Shown: positions 1 through 9,396 of the stretch, piece by piece | How the letters are laid out: each line of letters starts with the position of its first letter | Numbering within the stretch: position 1 is the first letter of the stretch | From: an uncultured Patescibacteria group bacterium | GTDB lineage: Bacteria; Patescibacteriota; Microgenomatia; UBA1400; PJMF01 | Length of the DNA stretch: 64,000 nucleotides | Assembly (NCBI GenBank): GCA_905478415.1 | Contig: CAJQIG010000005.1 | Span: 65,598 to 129,597 of the forward strand | Direction: 5' to 3' | The notes under the pieces: model-generated | Databases searched by the model: none | What the model was told of the DNA's origin: nothing | The model's input: the letters and a program-made list of their open reading frames with translations, nothing else | Translations under genes and position numbers: made by a program

Positions 1-799
1 TTGCATTACTTTGGGTTATCATGCCTTCTTTAAGTAAATCTTGTAGTGCTTGAGGGTAATGATTTTTGTTCCCTTTAATTTTAGCCTGAAGGTTTTTTTC
101 ATTTAGAGACCCAGATTTAGTAAGATACCTGATAATCTCTCCCCTCACCTGCCGGGGTGAACCTTCAAAGCGAGATTGAGTGGTGTGGTGTTTGCTTTTT
201 CGACTGGGGTTGGGAACAATTTTTTTCAAGTATGAGCCATAATCCATAAGGGCTGCATACCACTCACGAGGATTTTTTGTATAGCGAGTTTCTGTAATCA
301 GCGGTAGTATTTGAGCATCGCTGATTTCACTTGTATTGGGAAAAAAATGATACAAAAAAATAGTTCTAATATTTGTTTCGATCACTGTCTCTGGGTTATT
401 GAAGGCAAAGACACTGACAGCACTGGCCGTATATGGGCCAATACCTGGCAAAGTTTGAAGTGCTTCTTTCGTTTTTGGAAATCTACCATCAAATGCAACA
501 GTAACTTTTTGTGCTGTTTGCCAGAGAAACTTAGCTCGACGATTATAGCCAAGGCCTTGCCAGTGAGCTAGGACGTTGGCCAGACTGCTTTCTGCCAATG
601 TTTGTATATCGGGAAATTGTCTCAAAAAGTTGGAGTATTTAGGAATAACTCGTTGCACTTGTGTTTGTTGCAACATTAGCTCGGAAACTAAAATTTTATA
701 GGGATCCTGAGTTTGTCTCCAAGGGAGTTCGGTTCGGCCATGGAGTGCGTACCACCTTAAGATATAGTTTTGAAATGCTGAGATCTGCGCGGCTTTCAT
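1..799 (-). CDS. mutY: A/G-specific adenine DNA glycosylase MutY (HhH-GPD), partial, runs off window start
   Basis: Minus-strand translation from ATG at 799: MKAAQISAFQNYILRWYALHGRTELPWRQTQDPYKILVSELMLQQTQV...LPGIGPYTA (HhH-GPD motif). Absent from ORF track because no stop lies in the window. Confidence 0.7.
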   Translation of the reverse strand, partial: MKAAQISAFQNYILRWYALHGRTELPWRQTQDPYKILVSELMLQQTQVQRVIPKYSNFLRQFPDIQTLAESSLANVLAHWQGLGYNRRAKFLWQTAQKVTVAFDGRFPKTKEALQTLPGIGPYTASAVSVFAFNNPETVIETNIRTIFLYHFFPNTSEISDAQILPLITETRYTKNPREWYAALMDYGSYLKKIVPNPSRKSKHHTTQSRFEGSPRQVRGEIIRYLTKSGSLNEKNLQAKIKGNKNHYPQALQDLLKEGMITQSNA

Positions 800-863
800 C
801 GATCCAGCATAGCACATGCTATACTTACATACCTTTTTATATACAAACTACAGAAGGGGCAGT

Positions 864-2078
864 ATGTCTCAAGAAACAGAACAAGAAGCTAGTTTTGGTC
901 AAGAAATTATTGATCAAATAGTCCTTGAGCAGGAAGCTATTGCTCAAATAGCCTTTGTTTTAGAAACGGGTACCTACCAGGAAGTGGCTCAGGTAGGAAA
1001 AGCATTGACTGACGCAATTGCCACTTTTTCTGAGATAGTTGATGAAATAGGTATACTTTTTATAGAATCTCAAGAACATTTAGTGCAGGCACTTCTTCAG
1101 ACAAAATTGTTCCAGCAGTATGAAGAAAAAATTAGCCAAGCTGATCTCTTACTGCATCACTTTCCAAAAGGATCGCCCCTTTCTGTCAAAATTTTTACTG
1201 GCTATGTACCAACGATACTCGCTGGAGCTGAAACGTTTGCTCTTTCGGAAGACGAAGTAATTACTGTTTTTGAAAGGTGGATGCCTCATGTGCGAATAGC
1301 TGAGCAGTTAGCTAAGATTGAACTTTATACTGAGTACACACCTATAGCCAGAAGCATAGAAGCTTTGCTAGAAGATCAAGACATTCCTGAAGTCATTCGA
1401 GATATGTTTGAGATTGAGTTTGAAGCAGGAAAGTATGCACTAAGAAATAAAATTTTAGATAAAAAACCTCATTTTTTTCAACAAGATTCGCTTCCTTTTG
1501 AAAAAATAAGTGCTCGGTATGCTGCAATTTTAAATGATAAACAGCTCCTTTTGTTAGCGAAAACTCCAGCAGATACCATTGATGCATTTGTTTCCAAATC
1601 GGTAGCAGTACTTGATGCAACCGATATGAGAGAAAAATTGGATAGTAATCCTTATGAACACAGATATAGGAGAAGCATTGCTGAGTTGCCTTGGGTGACT
1701 GGTCATGGAAAGCCTTTAAGAAATGAGGTAAAACGGCTTGGTTTAACGGGACATGATTTTAAATTGTTATTCACAGTATCCCTAAATGATATTGAGTTGG
1801 CGATTTCATTTTTAGATATAGCAGCTTCTCTCGATGAATTACCTACAAAAGAATACGCGCTGATAGTTCGTCGGTATATAGAAAACTTTTTACGTAAAGA
1901 TGCAGTTGTGATTTCAGTTGGTGATAAACCTATCACCGTAAAGACAGATCAACCATGGCCAAAAGATTACTTACAACTATTTGAGTTTGTTCTAGAAGAT
2001 CTTGGAATTAAAAAATCAGATCCAGAGTTTTTACGTGCTTTAGAGAGAAACAGGAAAGTTAAAACAGACAAGAATTGA
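864..2078 (+). CDS. hypothetical protein
   Basis: Long ORF in track (816..2078). Start moved to MSQETEQ, which has a GA-rich RBS-like stretch upstream. No recognisable motif. Confidence 0.5.
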   Translation: MSQETEQEASFGQEIIDQIVLEQEAIAQIAFVLETGTYQEVAQVGKALTDAIATFSEIVDEIGILFIESQEHLVQALLQTKLFQQYEEKISQADLLLHHFPKGSPLSVKIFTGYVPTILAGAETFALSEDEVITVFERWMPHVRIAEQLAKIELYTEYTPIARSIEALLEDQDIPEVIRDMFEIEFEAGKYALRNKILDKKPHFFQQDSLPFEKISARYAAILNDKQLLLLAKTPADTIDAFVSKSVAVLDATDMREKLDSNPYEHRYRRSIAELPWVTGHGKPLRNEVKRLGLTGHDFKLLFTVSLNDIELAISFLDIAASLDELPTKEYALIVRRYIENFLRKDAVVISVGDKPITVKTDQPWPKDYLQLFEFVLEDLGIKKSDPEFLRALERNRKVKTDKN

Positions 2079-2370
2079 GATCGACTCTATTTTTTTTAAA
2101 AGTCACACCTTCTGCAAGAAGTTTTTTTCGTTGCACCTCTGCTCCACCAAATGCATAGGCTGGAGCTAGTTTGCCGTCTGAAAAAACAACTCGATGGCAG
2201 GGATACTTACTGTTATCGGGATTTGAGTGCAAAATTTTTCCAACGAGCCTTGGTGTTGGCAAAAAAAGGTCTTTGGCAATTTGGCCATAAGTGGTAACCT
2301 TGCCAACAGGAACTGTTGCAACGTACTCAAGAACTTGAAATTGGTATGTTTCAGTTGCTTTTTTTTTCAT
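2059..2370 (-). CDS. MGMT-family DNA-binding domain protein (methylated-DNA-protein-cysteine methyltransferase C-terminal domain-like)
   Basis: 103 aa with PCHRVV active-site-like motif and the Ogt C-terminal domain pattern (YGQIA...PCHRVV). Convergent 20-nt overlap with the preceding gene. Confidence 0.6.
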   Translation of the reverse strand: MKKKATETYQFQVLEYVATVPVGKVTTYGQIAKDLFLPTPRLVGKILHSNPDNSKYPCHRVVFSDGKLAPAYAFGGAEVQRKKLLAEGVTFKKNRVDLNSCLF

Positions 2371-2726
2371 GAGTTACTTTTTTTTCTTCCTTTTCCTAAT
2401 TCTTTGAGCGTGTTCATAATGCTACGAGCTGGTTCTTCGAGTGTTTCTTCTAACTCTTCGGCAAGTCGGTCTGCTTCTGGAATTGAGTCGAGAACTGGCA
2501 AGCCTACTTCCAGAAGCATTGGAGTTTCTGGAGTAGTTCCAGCTGCTTCTTCTGCATAGCCATTGAGTTGGTCGTCTTCTTTACCTTCGGAGTTTTTGCT
2601 TCGATAGTATTTAATGAGTAATAGAATAGTTGCTCCAGCAACAGTACTCGCTAAAATAGTTGGCCAGTTTTCTTTTGTGAATTCTTTGGCGACATTGAGA
2701 TGAGGAGACTCTTTAGATTTTGACAT
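2367..2726 (-). CDS. hypothetical small membrane protein
   Basis: ORF track 2367..2756, start trimmed to MSKSKESP. One predicted TM helix and an acidic C-terminus. Confidence 0.35.
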   Translation of the reverse strand: MSKSKESPHLNVAKEFTKENWPTILASTVAGATILLLIKYYRSKNSEGKEDDQLNGYAEEAAGTTPETPMLLEVGLPVLDSIPEADRLAEELEETLEEPARSIMNTLKELGKGRKKSNS

Positions 2727-2772
2727 AATAAAGTCAGTATACATGAAATAGATCACTAAACTATGAAGATAC

Positions 2773-2848
2773 TGAGCTCGTGCTGGTTGAGGCTATCGCG
2801 ATCTTCAACTTGCATAGCGAACAATAGATTCAGCTCATTGTTTCTTCA
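2773..2848. repeat. ~75-nt direct repeat, left copy flanking the APH-like gene
   Basis: gctcgtgctggttgaggctatcgcgatcttcaacttgcatagcgaacaatagattcagctcattg aligns at ~78% identity with 3866..3941. Confidence 0.6.
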
Positions 2849-3772
2849 AATATACCTAGCCCAACGCTTTTCATCATTTAAAATACTCAGACACCATTTA
2901 TATGATGTCATATCGAAAGTATAGAGATTAGAAAAATAAAAAGCATAATAAAAACCGTATAAATCTAAATAAAGTATTATTTCTTCTCCATAATCAGCTA
3001 TTAGTAATTCTCTTACAAATGAAATATGTTTTGGAGTAATATTATCGCAAAGTGATAAAAAATTAATGTTTGCAACATCTAAGTTATGATCTCCTACACA
3101 AGTATGATCACTTATATCTAAAACAGTGGTAATTTGTAGCTCATCATTAACAAGAACATTATTTAGATAATAGTCACCATGAACAAAACTTTTTTTTGGA
3201 TCAATATTAAGTTTTGTATGTATCATTTTTTTTAAAGTTTTAAGTTTTAGATCAAAATTAACTACATCTTTACTTAGTCTTTCTTTTGTAAATTTAGTTT
3301 TTTGATCTAACTTGTTTAATAAAAACTCTTTCCAATTATCTGCTTGTAAAGAATTATCCAGTTCAAGAACTTGACCAAATCTACAATTATTCACATCAAT
3401 ACCCTTTAATGGCTTGAGAGCATTAATGTAATTTGTTAATGCTATTTCTTGTCGTTTTGACGATAGCTTTGAAAAAGCTGACTCTAAGTTTTCACCTTCT
3501 AGCCTAACTTCAATAGTATAGTGAATGTTATTTATAATTCCTATCTTTTCAATAAGTGGCGTCTGATATGGTAAATTTGCTTCTGAGATCTTTTGCTGAA
3601 ACTTTTGTAGTTTCTCTAAATATGATTGTGATGAATTTTTGTATATTTTAATAACTTTTTCATGATCAAGACTAAAAACATAGCCTTCCCCACCGTTACC
3701 AATTAATTGGTCTTGGGAAATGTTAAAGTGATTTAATACTGATTGGAATTTAGTTAGATCTTGAGATGTCAT
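2846..3772 (-). CDS. phosphotransferase family protein (APH/choline-kinase-like kinase)
   Basis: 308 aa. Has the HGDYYLNNVLV catalytic loop (HGD..N) and DISDHTCVGDHNLD (Mg-binding D). Coding sequence is very AT-rich compared with neighbouring genes. Confidence 0.6.
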   Translation of the reverse strand: MTSQDLTKFQSVLNHFNISQDQLIGNGGEGYVFSLDHEKVIKIYKNSSQSYLEKLQKFQQKISEANLPYQTPLIEKIGIINNIHYTIEVRLEGENLESAFSKLSSKRQEIALTNYINALKPLKGIDVNNCRFGQVLELDNSLQADNWKEFLLNKLDQKTKFTKERLSKDVVNFDLKLKTLKKMIHTKLNIDPKKSFVHGDYYLNNVLVNDELQITTVLDISDHTCVGDHNLDVANINFLSLCDNITPKHISFVRELLIADYGEEIILYLDLYGFYYAFYFSNLYTFDMTSYKWCLSILNDEKRWARYI

Positions 3773-3835
3773 TTGCTGATTATATCAGCAATGTAAAAGT
3801 TGAATATTTACAAAAACTGAATTTACTAGTATATG

Positions 3836-3850
3836 CCGGGGAAACAGGAC
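3836..3850 (-). repeat. duplicated 3' end of tRNA-Pro (possible att core remnant)
   Basis: cggggaaacaggact is identical to the tRNA-Pro 3' portion at 3996..4010. Confidence 0.45.
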
Positions 3851-3865
3851 TTCTCGTTCGCTTTG

Positions 3866-3941
3866 CTCTCTGCGAGATGCTCGTACTGGATGTGGCTATC
3901 GCAATTTGCTACTTGCATGGCGAACCATAGATTCAGCCCTT
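3866..3941. repeat. ~75-nt direct repeat, right copy flanking the APH-like gene
   Basis: gctcgtactggatgtggctatcgcaatttgctacttgcatggcgaaccatagattcagcccttt is homologous to 2773..2848. Confidence 0.6.
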
Positions 3942-3994
3942 TGCTTGCTCCAATACACAAAAAAACCCACCAAAAGGTGGATTTTTTTCGTGTG

Positions 3995-4068
3995 TCGGGG
4001 AAACAGGACTCGAACCTGCGACCTCACGGTCCCAAACCGCGCACTCTAGCCATCTGAGCTATTCCCCG
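3995..4068 (-). tRNA. tRNA-Pro (anticodon UGG)
   Basis: Cloverleaf folded by hand: acceptor CGGGGAA/TTCCCCG, anticodon loop TTTGGGA, T-loop TTCGAGT, discriminator A. A bidirectional hairpin with T-run lies at 3963..3990. Confidence 0.85.
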
Positions 4069-4328
4069 TTTTTTAAAAGGACAGACTCGCATTATATACC
4101 AAGTAGTTTTAAAAAACGAGCAGCGGCTCTTTTTTTAAACTAGTTCTTTTCGTCTTCAGAATCAAATAATGAAAGTACGTAGGCAAGTAAGTCTTTTCTG
4201 CGTTCAAATCGGGCCTCTTCTTTTTTTGTTTCCTCTGCTCTACTCTGATACCAACGACGCAACTCTTTTTCTGTAATTAGTTGAGGTTGCTGAGATTCTT
4301 TTTGAGCCATAAGGACCACATTGTTGTG

Positions 4329-4412
4329 TGCCGCGGGTGGGAATCGAACCCACACGATATTGCTATCACGAGATTTTAAGTCTCGCGCGTCTACCAATTC
4401 CGCCACCACGGC
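4329..4412 (-). tRNA. tRNA-Leu (anticodon UAA)
   Basis: Acceptor GCCGTGG, anticodon loop CTTAAAA, long variable arm, T-loop TTCGATT. Confidence 0.85.
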
Positions 4413-4511
4413 ATGTATTTGATTTTTTAAAGACTTTCTGCGAACAAAAGTGATTATAGCACCAGATTTGTCTTACTTGAAGTAGAAGGCAAAGCCCTCT
4501 ATCATGGATAT

Positions 4512-7500
4512 ATGAGTATGGACCGAAGGCACACACCACCAGAATTGATTGATGCTTCGGATACAATGCGATCTGAAAAAAATACGGAGACAGATCACCC
4601 CTTTTTTTTAGATGAGCAACACAATGGTTCTCTTATCCTGGGTGGTGATTCCGTCTGGGAGGGAATGAAAGTAATTTTTCCTGGCCAAAGGCCTAGTTTT
4701 TTAAAGTCGATGGAGTCAACCATGATGAAGGAGCTCCAGGATCCAGTCTCACGTTTAGTGGGATTACTAGCGACGGTCACCGAACAATCATTTGCAACTG
4801 GTAACACTATGTACCGGGGAGAAGATCGAGATCAATTGGTCAAAAAAATTGTTAAAAATCTTTCTTCAAATGACACCTATAAAGACATCATTGATTCACT
4901 AGCTCTAAAAAGTGGAAAAATTGCTGATGAATTAGTCAAATTTTCCGTTTTTTTATTAAGTAATGCAAGTTTTTTAAGAGCCATTACTGGGTTTGTACTT
5001 GATAGTATGGATTCCTCTCAGGCTCCCTATAGGATTGAAAAATTTGATGCTGCGTTACGAGAAGCTACAAGTTGGACTGATCAACAGGAGCGTGGTGCCC
5101 ACCTTCGTGAACAAACAGCTCGGGGAAGGTATACTGTGCAGACTGAAATAGATTCAAGCATTTCTGATAGATTACTATTTTTATTGCAAACAAATAGAAT
5201 TAATCTTGATAGAAGTAGAATCATTGAGAAAGCTGTTCCAGTTGATAAAAAAGAAGAAGTGCTTTCTCGAGAAAGCGAACGAACCAAGCGCTCGGAGAGT
5301 TTGGGAAAAAGACTGCTTTCGAAATTGAAAAAACCAGAAAAAAATGAACTTCCAACGGGAAAGCCTTTAACTGAAGAGGATATAAAACGTCGTCAGGAGG
5401 AAAGAAAACAAGCTGAGAAAGATCTTCGAAAAGAACGATTAAAAGTAGATTACAGAGCTACCTTTGCAGCTTCAGTGATCAGTAGCAAGATTGAGTTGAT
5501 GAGAGAAGCTACTGAGTTTCTTACTACTGATTATGGTGAGTCGAAGAGCAAGATTCCTCTCACTACAAAAGTAATCAAATCAATCAAAGCATCTTTTACT
5601 GCAAATGGGTACAATGCCGAATCAGAAGCAGCCTTTTTACGTTTACAAGAGGTGTATCGTTTTGATTCAGAAAGTGATGCCGTTTTGGATATGCTTCACC
5701 AGCAATTTGGGTTAGACAGAGATTCACTAACAGCGTTATCACCTAAAGATGTGGGTAAGTTAATTACCAGAGCAAAGTCAATTGTTGTGCATGGTTTTAC
5801 TCGAGACGAAAAGCATCAATATCAAGAGCTTTCGTTTGGATCAGAACCAAAACATTTTGTTATTTCAGTCCATGGTTCTCCATATACCGTTGAGTATTAC
5901 AATCCAGAAGCTGGTTTTGTTACAAACGAAGAGCTGGTTAGAACAGTTCAAATATTAGAAAGGCAACATCTTTCTCAAGAATTTGACCCAGTGGCATTAG
6001 AGCAGCGGCAATTAGTTGCAGCGGTGTGGACTCAACTGAGTTATGACACAGATAAAAATGCTATTCTTACTGATCCAACATTATTAGAGGGTTTTATTTC
6101 TTCGGTTTTGAAAAAAGATGTTCCTGATCGAAAAAGAGTTATCGCAGACATACGGCAATCAATAATGCAATTAACTTTTGCTGATTTTTCAGTGTCCATT
6201 GGTGCTCAGGAAGTGCCCGAATTTGGGGCAGATGATCACAGTGGGGAAATGCTGAATCTTGTCTTTGGTGGTCAACATATAGATCTCTCAGATAATCTTT
6301 CCGAAGTTTTGAGTGAAGATGTTATTGATGATAACTCATTGCTCAAAGATCATAAACCAGTAGTGATGAGAATGAATGGTGGGTATGATCATGGTTGTAT
6401 TGATGGTCGAGAAGCAAATCAGACAAACTCAGAACTCTCACAGAGAGCTACAGAACGTTTTTTGAAGCCAAGTCATATTGAGGCTTTGAGATCTGATAAT
6501 CAAGACACTGCGCGTTACTCTCCATTAATGCTTGGTTTCACTTCCGAAGACGCTTCATATTTTGATCAAGAAAAAGTCATAACTGAGAACTACCAAGAAT
6601 ATGTGGTTTCTCTCCCTGCCGTTCCAGAAGCATTGGCTCGATCTCCCAAAAAACTTGCAGCAGAATTCACCGCTAGTTTACGGGAAGCACTTGCAAAGGA
6701 ATTGGAAGTACATTTAGAAGAGCTGAAAGCAATGAATAGCAATCAATTGATGCAGAATGCTGAAGAAATTATGTCATGGTATGTTGCTACTTCTACGGAA
6801 TCTTTATTAGAGACTCGCTTCCCAGAAGATTGGAAAGATTTTTTATACGAAAATCCAGATATCCGTCAAGAGAGTCCAAATGATATTCAAAGAAAAAAAG
6901 ATGAAGTCTATGACTTATCTCGAAAAGATGTGAGAGCAGATATTGCTGATTGGCTCAATGGTAGGTCGGTAGTTATTCAGTCTTTAGCCAAGGATAATAA
7001 CTTTACTTCATATGATTTTTCAAAAATTCTCAACTTTTATAATTCAATTGATGTAGACACTATTAAACCTAGCGAGTTCGCAGCATTTAGCGAACAAAAC
7101 TCCGAACTAGTTCAGGCAAAGGATAGGTATGATATTTTGACTCAATTGAAAGAAATTAAAAAATTGAGGAAGGTGTTGCGAAAAAGGCGAAAAGCTCTTA
7201 TGGCTGATAAGAAAAATGCTCTAGGAAGAGATTTGCAACGTGAGCCACTTCAGATGTCAGACAAAAAATTTGAAGAGTACTATGCTCGAATCAATAATCC
7301 AGAGTTAGCACAAATTGAGGAAGTTTGGCAAGTTGTGGGACGGGCTCTCAATCAACTGAATCAAATGTTTGTTAAACTTTTATATGATATTGAAGTTCAA
7401 GAAAAGATGGGTATTGAGCCGCTGATTGAAACATATAAAAATATGAATTTGGATCGAATCAGCTGGGTAACCTCAGTTCACTTTGCTGAGTCAGCAGCGG

Positions 7501-8504
7501 ACATTTTAACCTTTGTGAAGGACGGTATTCGTGATGCTCAAAAAATTATGCCTACAAGCAGAAATATTGCTGCTACTAATGAACGCATAAATTTTCATAC
7601 ACTCACAGGACATGAATCAGTCAAAAATACCTTAAGTTTATTTGCAGAGCATTGGGGTGGTAAAGATAAAAATGTTCCTGGTGGAAAGGAAGCAGCGGTT
7701 GATGCTTATAAAGAGCTGGTGCAGAATTATTTTTCTGTGTTTAGTATGCCTTTCCAGGCTGGAGTCGATCAAGCAAACAAACAAGTTTCAAACACCTCTG
7801 TTTTAAGTGCTGGTACTACAAAGGTAACTCAGTGGCTACTAGAAAAAACCTTAGCTGCTTTCGGAAATAAAAAAGTTTTAACACAGTATCGTTCTAAGGG
7901 ATTGGTCTCAGCTGTGCATTCAAAATCTGGAGTTGAGGGGAGAAAAGACTTAGTAGATCTTTCTCGTGCTGATTTGACCCCAGAAGAGCATGCAGAAGCA
8001 GTCATCGCCGAATTGCACGGACAATCCTCCTTCCACACTGCTCTTCCAGAAGGGGTAGTGCATGCACATGGTGTGACGTTTAACCATTTACCAGAATCGG
8101 CAGCTATCCACATTAAAGAAAGAATCTCTATTACTCCGGAACATCTTGATCAAATTGCCCAAGAGTTGCTCGGTCAGGAACGCTCACTTAGTCGCCAAGT
8201 TGTTGAAAAAGTCGTCCCAGGATTTTACTTTAAAAAACTCACCATAGAGCAACAAAAAGAAGCGGTTCGGATTGCAAAAAAGGAATCTGCACAGTGGGTC
8301 CACTCTTTTTACCGCTGGTATATATTTATAAACGTTATGAACAAAACTGATATTCCAGCCGTAGAGGCTGCACATGATGAGTGGGTAAGTTCTGATAGTC
8401 GAAAGTCATTTTCATCTTACTTTATGGACACCCAGTTAACTCAATATGGACTGAGTGATGAGACACTAGATTTTTATAAAAATGGTCCTAGCGAGATGCG
8501 CTAG
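4512..8504 (+). CDS. large hypothetical protein (1330 aa), no recognisable domains
   Basis: Uninterrupted 3993-nt ORF. Highly charged with coiled-coil-like segments. No Walker A, TM helix or signal peptide seen. Confidence 0.6.
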   Translation: MSMDRRHTPPELIDASDTMRSEKNTETDHPFFLDEQHNGSLILGGDSVWEGMKVIFPGQRPSFLKSMESTMMKELQDPVSRLVGLLATVTEQSFATGNTMYRGEDRDQLVKKIVKNLSSNDTYKDIIDSLALKSGKIADELVKFSVFLLSNASFLRAITGFVLDSMDSSQAPYRIEKFDAALREATSWTDQQERGAHLREQTARGRYTVQTEIDSSISDRLLFLLQTNRINLDRSRIIEKAVPVDKKEEVLSRESERTKRSESLGKRLLSKLKKPEKNELPTGKPLTEEDIKRRQEERKQAEKDLRKERLKVDYRATFAASVISSKIELMREATEFLTTDYGESKSKIPLTTKVIKSIKASFTANGYNAESEAAFLRLQEVYRFDSESDAVLDMLHQQFGLDRDSLTALSPKDVGKLITRAKSIVVHGFTRDEKHQYQELSFGSEPKHFVISVHGSPYTVEYYNPEAGFVTNEELVRTVQILERQHLSQEFDPVALEQRQLVAAVWTQLSYDTDKNAILTDPTLLEGFISSVLKKDVPDRKRVIADIRQSIMQLTFADFSVSIGAQEVPEFGADDHSGEMLNLVFGGQHIDLSDNLSEVLSEDVIDDNSLLKDHKPVVMRMNGGYDHGCIDGREANQTNSELSQRATERFLKPSHIEALRSDNQDTARYSPLMLGFTSEDASYFDQEKVITENYQEYVVSLPAVPEALARSPKKLAAEFTASLREALAKELEVHLEELKAMNSNQLMQNAEEIMSWYVATSTESLLETRFPEDWKDFLYENPDIRQESPNDIQRKKDEVYDLSRKDVRADIADWLNGRSVVIQSLAKDNNFTSYDFSKILNFYNSIDVDTIKPSEFAAFSEQNSELVQAKDRYDILTQLKEIKKLRKVLRKRRKALMADKKNALGRDLQREPLQMSDKKFEEYYARINNPELAQIEEVWQVVGRALNQLNQMFVKLLYDIEVQEKMGIEPLIETYKNMNLDRISWVTSVHFAESAADILTFVKDGIRDAQKIMPTSRNIAATNERINFHTLTGHESVKNTLSLFAEHWGGKDKNVPGGKEAAVDAYKELVQNYFSVFSMPFQAGVDQANKQVSNTSVLSAGTTKVTQWLLEKTLAAFGNKKVLTQYRSKGLVSAVHSKSGVEGRKDLVDLSRADLTPEEHAEAVIAELHGQSSFHTALPEGVVHAHGVTFNHLPESAAIHIKERISITPEHLDQIAQELLGQERSLSRQVVEKVVPGFYFKKLTIEQQKEAVRIAKKESAQWVHSFYRWYIFINVMNKTDIPAVEAAHDEWVSSDSRKSFSSYFMDTQLTQYGLSDETLDFYKNGPSEMR

Positions 8505-8528
8505 ATCGAGATATAATTCCTCTGTCGT

Positions 8529-8603
8529 TGCGGGTGTAGTACAACGGCTAGTATAACTGCCTTCCAAGCAGTAGATGACGGTTCGATTCCGTTCACCCGC
8601 TCC
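8529..8603 (+). tRNA. tRNA-Gly (anticodon UCC), CCA encoded
   Basis: GCGGGTG acceptor, anticodon loop CTTCCAA, T-loop TTCGATT, then CACCCGC T CCA. Confidence 0.85.
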
Positions 8604-8610
8604 ATATAAA

Positions 8611-8637
8611 GAAAGGTCCCCAAAAGGGACTTTTTTT
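8611..8637. terminator. bidirectional rho-independent terminator hairpin
   Basis: aaaggtcccc aaaa gggac ttttttt lies between the tRNA-Gly 3' end and the stop of the convergent minus-strand gene. Confidence 0.6.
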
Positions 8638-8653
8638 ATGAACAAAGAGTGAA

Positions 8654-9376
8654 TTATTTTGTAAGTTCTGAAACTTCTTCTTCTGAGACTTCGATGTAGG
8701 GCAGATCGTTAAGATCACCTATAGTAAATGGTCCCATTTTGGTGCGGATGAGTTGTTTTGTGTCGTAGCCTACACGCTCGGTCATGCGTCTGATTTGACG
8801 GTTTCGACCTTCTTTAATAGTAATTTCAAGCCAGGTCCCGTGATCTTCTTTAGTCAAAATTTCTACCGTAGCTGGTTTTGTAAATCCATCCTTAAGTTTA
8901 ACGCCACGGCGTAGATGTTCCAGAGCTTTCCAAGTAGGAGTGCCATTCACAAGAACTTCATAGGTTTTAGGGATTTCAAATTTTGGATGAGTGAGTTTCT
9001 GTGCCAGTTCTCCATCGTTCGTGAGGAGCATAAGGCCCTGACTCTCTCTGTCTAGTCTACCAACAGGATAGAGGCGTTCAGCTATAGTAGGAATAAGATC
9101 TATAACAGCTCTCCTACCCATTTCGTCGGCGGTCGTTGAGATATAGCCAACAGGCTTATTAACTAAAAAATAGCGATGAGGCTGAGGTTTTGGAATTCTT
9201 TTCCCATCGATTGATACCGTGTCTGTGTTGGGGTTAACACGTTGACCAATGGTTGCTTTTTGACCGTTAACTGATACGATACCAGAGTCAATTAAGACTT
9301 CGGACTTCCTGCGAGAAGCAATTCCGGCTCGAGCAAGGAAGAGTTGCAACTTGATTGTTTTTTTATTGCTGTTCAT
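8654..9376 (-). CDS. pseudouridine synthase, RsuA/RluB family (S4 domain + PseudoU_synth_2)
   Basis: N-terminal S4-like RAGIASRR. Catalytic motif VGRLDRESQGLMLLTNDGELAQKLTHP. Confidence 0.8.
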   Translation of the reverse strand: MNSNKKTIKLQLFLARAGIASRRKSEVLIDSGIVSVNGQKATIGQRVNPNTDTVSIDGKRIPKPQPHRYFLVNKPVGYISTTADEMGRRAVIDLIPTIAERLYPVGRLDRESQGLMLLTNDGELAQKLTHPKFEIPKTYEVLVNGTPTWKALEHLRRGVKLKDGFTKPATVEILTKEDHGTWLEITIKEGRNRQIRRMTERVGYDTKQLIRTKMGPFTIGDLNDLPYIEVSEEEVSELTK

Positions 9377-9396
9377 ACTATAAACTCTTGTCTTTT

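Noticed and set aside
4140-4310. 56-codon highly charged ORF (MAQKESQQPQLITEKELRRWYQSRAEETKKEEARFERRKDLL...) immediately downstream of tRNA-Leu. The ORF track's 89-aa version overlaps the tRNA
   Set aside because: No Shine-Dalgarno sequence upstream and low-complexity charged composition. The longer ORF is an artefact of reading through the tRNA. Kept out of the feature list.
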